A stretch of DNA of 64,000 nucleotides from Lingula anatina (taxonomy: Eukaryota > Animalia > Brachiopoda). Made by a program: the position numbers and the translations under genes. The stretch is from contig CM120642.1 in assembly GCA_051362555.1 (NCBI GenBank), positions 9,796,001 through 9,860,000 of the forward strand. The letters are read 5' to 3'. The notes below the pieces were generated by a model. That model was not told the DNA's origin. It saw only the letters and a program-made list of their open reading frames with translations, and ran no database searches. Below, piece after piece: positions 63,601 to 64,000 of the stretch. Each line of letters begins with the position of its first letter. Within the stretch, counting starts at the first letter, position 1.

Positions 63601-64000
63601 ATAATCCCACCAAGAAGACAGCACATTTTGATGAAATGCAAGCCATACGGAGTTAGTTATAGCTCAATATAAGTTCAAGATCTGTGGCACCAATATAACT
63701 GAAGAGAAAGGAAATATAATTGTCGACGCAGATGTAAATTTTCTAAAGTATACCGTATTTTTATGCAAAAGGTAATTTGCTAAGTCCCACGAGAGCCCTC
63801 ATTCGTTCTCGTCTCGTGACATGCCGATTCAGGGGCCAAGTCGTTGTCGTGATGGACTGACGTGCCTCATCCGGGACTCGAACCCGTGACTTTGCGTTAC
63901 CAAGGTTGATGACGCTTTGGATGTCTCATTTGCATCCATGCACGCTACCGACTGCTCCGTGACTGACCCGCCCACCCTCCGTAGGTGCGAGTTTCCTCTT

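Larger units (their letters stand above)
51616..64000. repeat. Macrosatellite of ~1338-bp monomers, at least 9 copies, running off the window
   Basis: ccgtatttttatgcaaaagg at 51618, 52886, 54225, 55563, 56901, 58239, 59738, 61077, 62415, 63753; copies differ by scattered SNPs and small indels. Confidence 0.98.

Noticed and set aside
51815-63646. Repeated 60-98 aa ORFs in the array
   Set aside because: They recur only because the monomer repeats; frames are broken by 1-2 bp indels between copies and no domain is recognisable.
51616-64000. rDNA, 5S, histone, snRNA or CRISPR array
   Set aside because: No recognisable rRNA, U-snRNA or histone sequence; no unique spacers or cas genes; eukaryotic context.

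Overview
AT-rich, intron-containing animal genomic DNA. Innexins and the repeat types point to an invertebrate, probably a lophotrochozoan such as a mollusc (inference). Gene order: 5' part of a quinone oxidoreductase/zeta-crystallin gene (CRYZ, -), two tandem divergent innexin paralogues with single-exon CDS (-), a complete 13-exon AP-3 mu subunit gene (+), and a complete NUP54 gene (-). The ~15 kb third intron of NUP54 holds a same-strand intronless NXPE/PC-esterase-like ORF, a 3.4 kb TG..CA solo-LTR-like insertion with an internal 100-bp minisatellite, and several MITEs/HINEs. These are followed by an uncharacterised coiled-coil gene (+) and the first two exons of a secreted collagen-domain gene (+). 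From ~51.6 kb to the window end runs a ~1.34 kb macrosatellite. Each monomer carries two degenerate tRNA-like (A-box/B-box/T-run) cassettes, and the monomers form a 6,852-bp five-monomer higher-order repeat. The best leads are this array, the innexin pair (lost YYQW motif, sequon-rich and divergent extracellular loops) and the same-strand nested gene. All coordinates were read by eye and may be off by a few bases.
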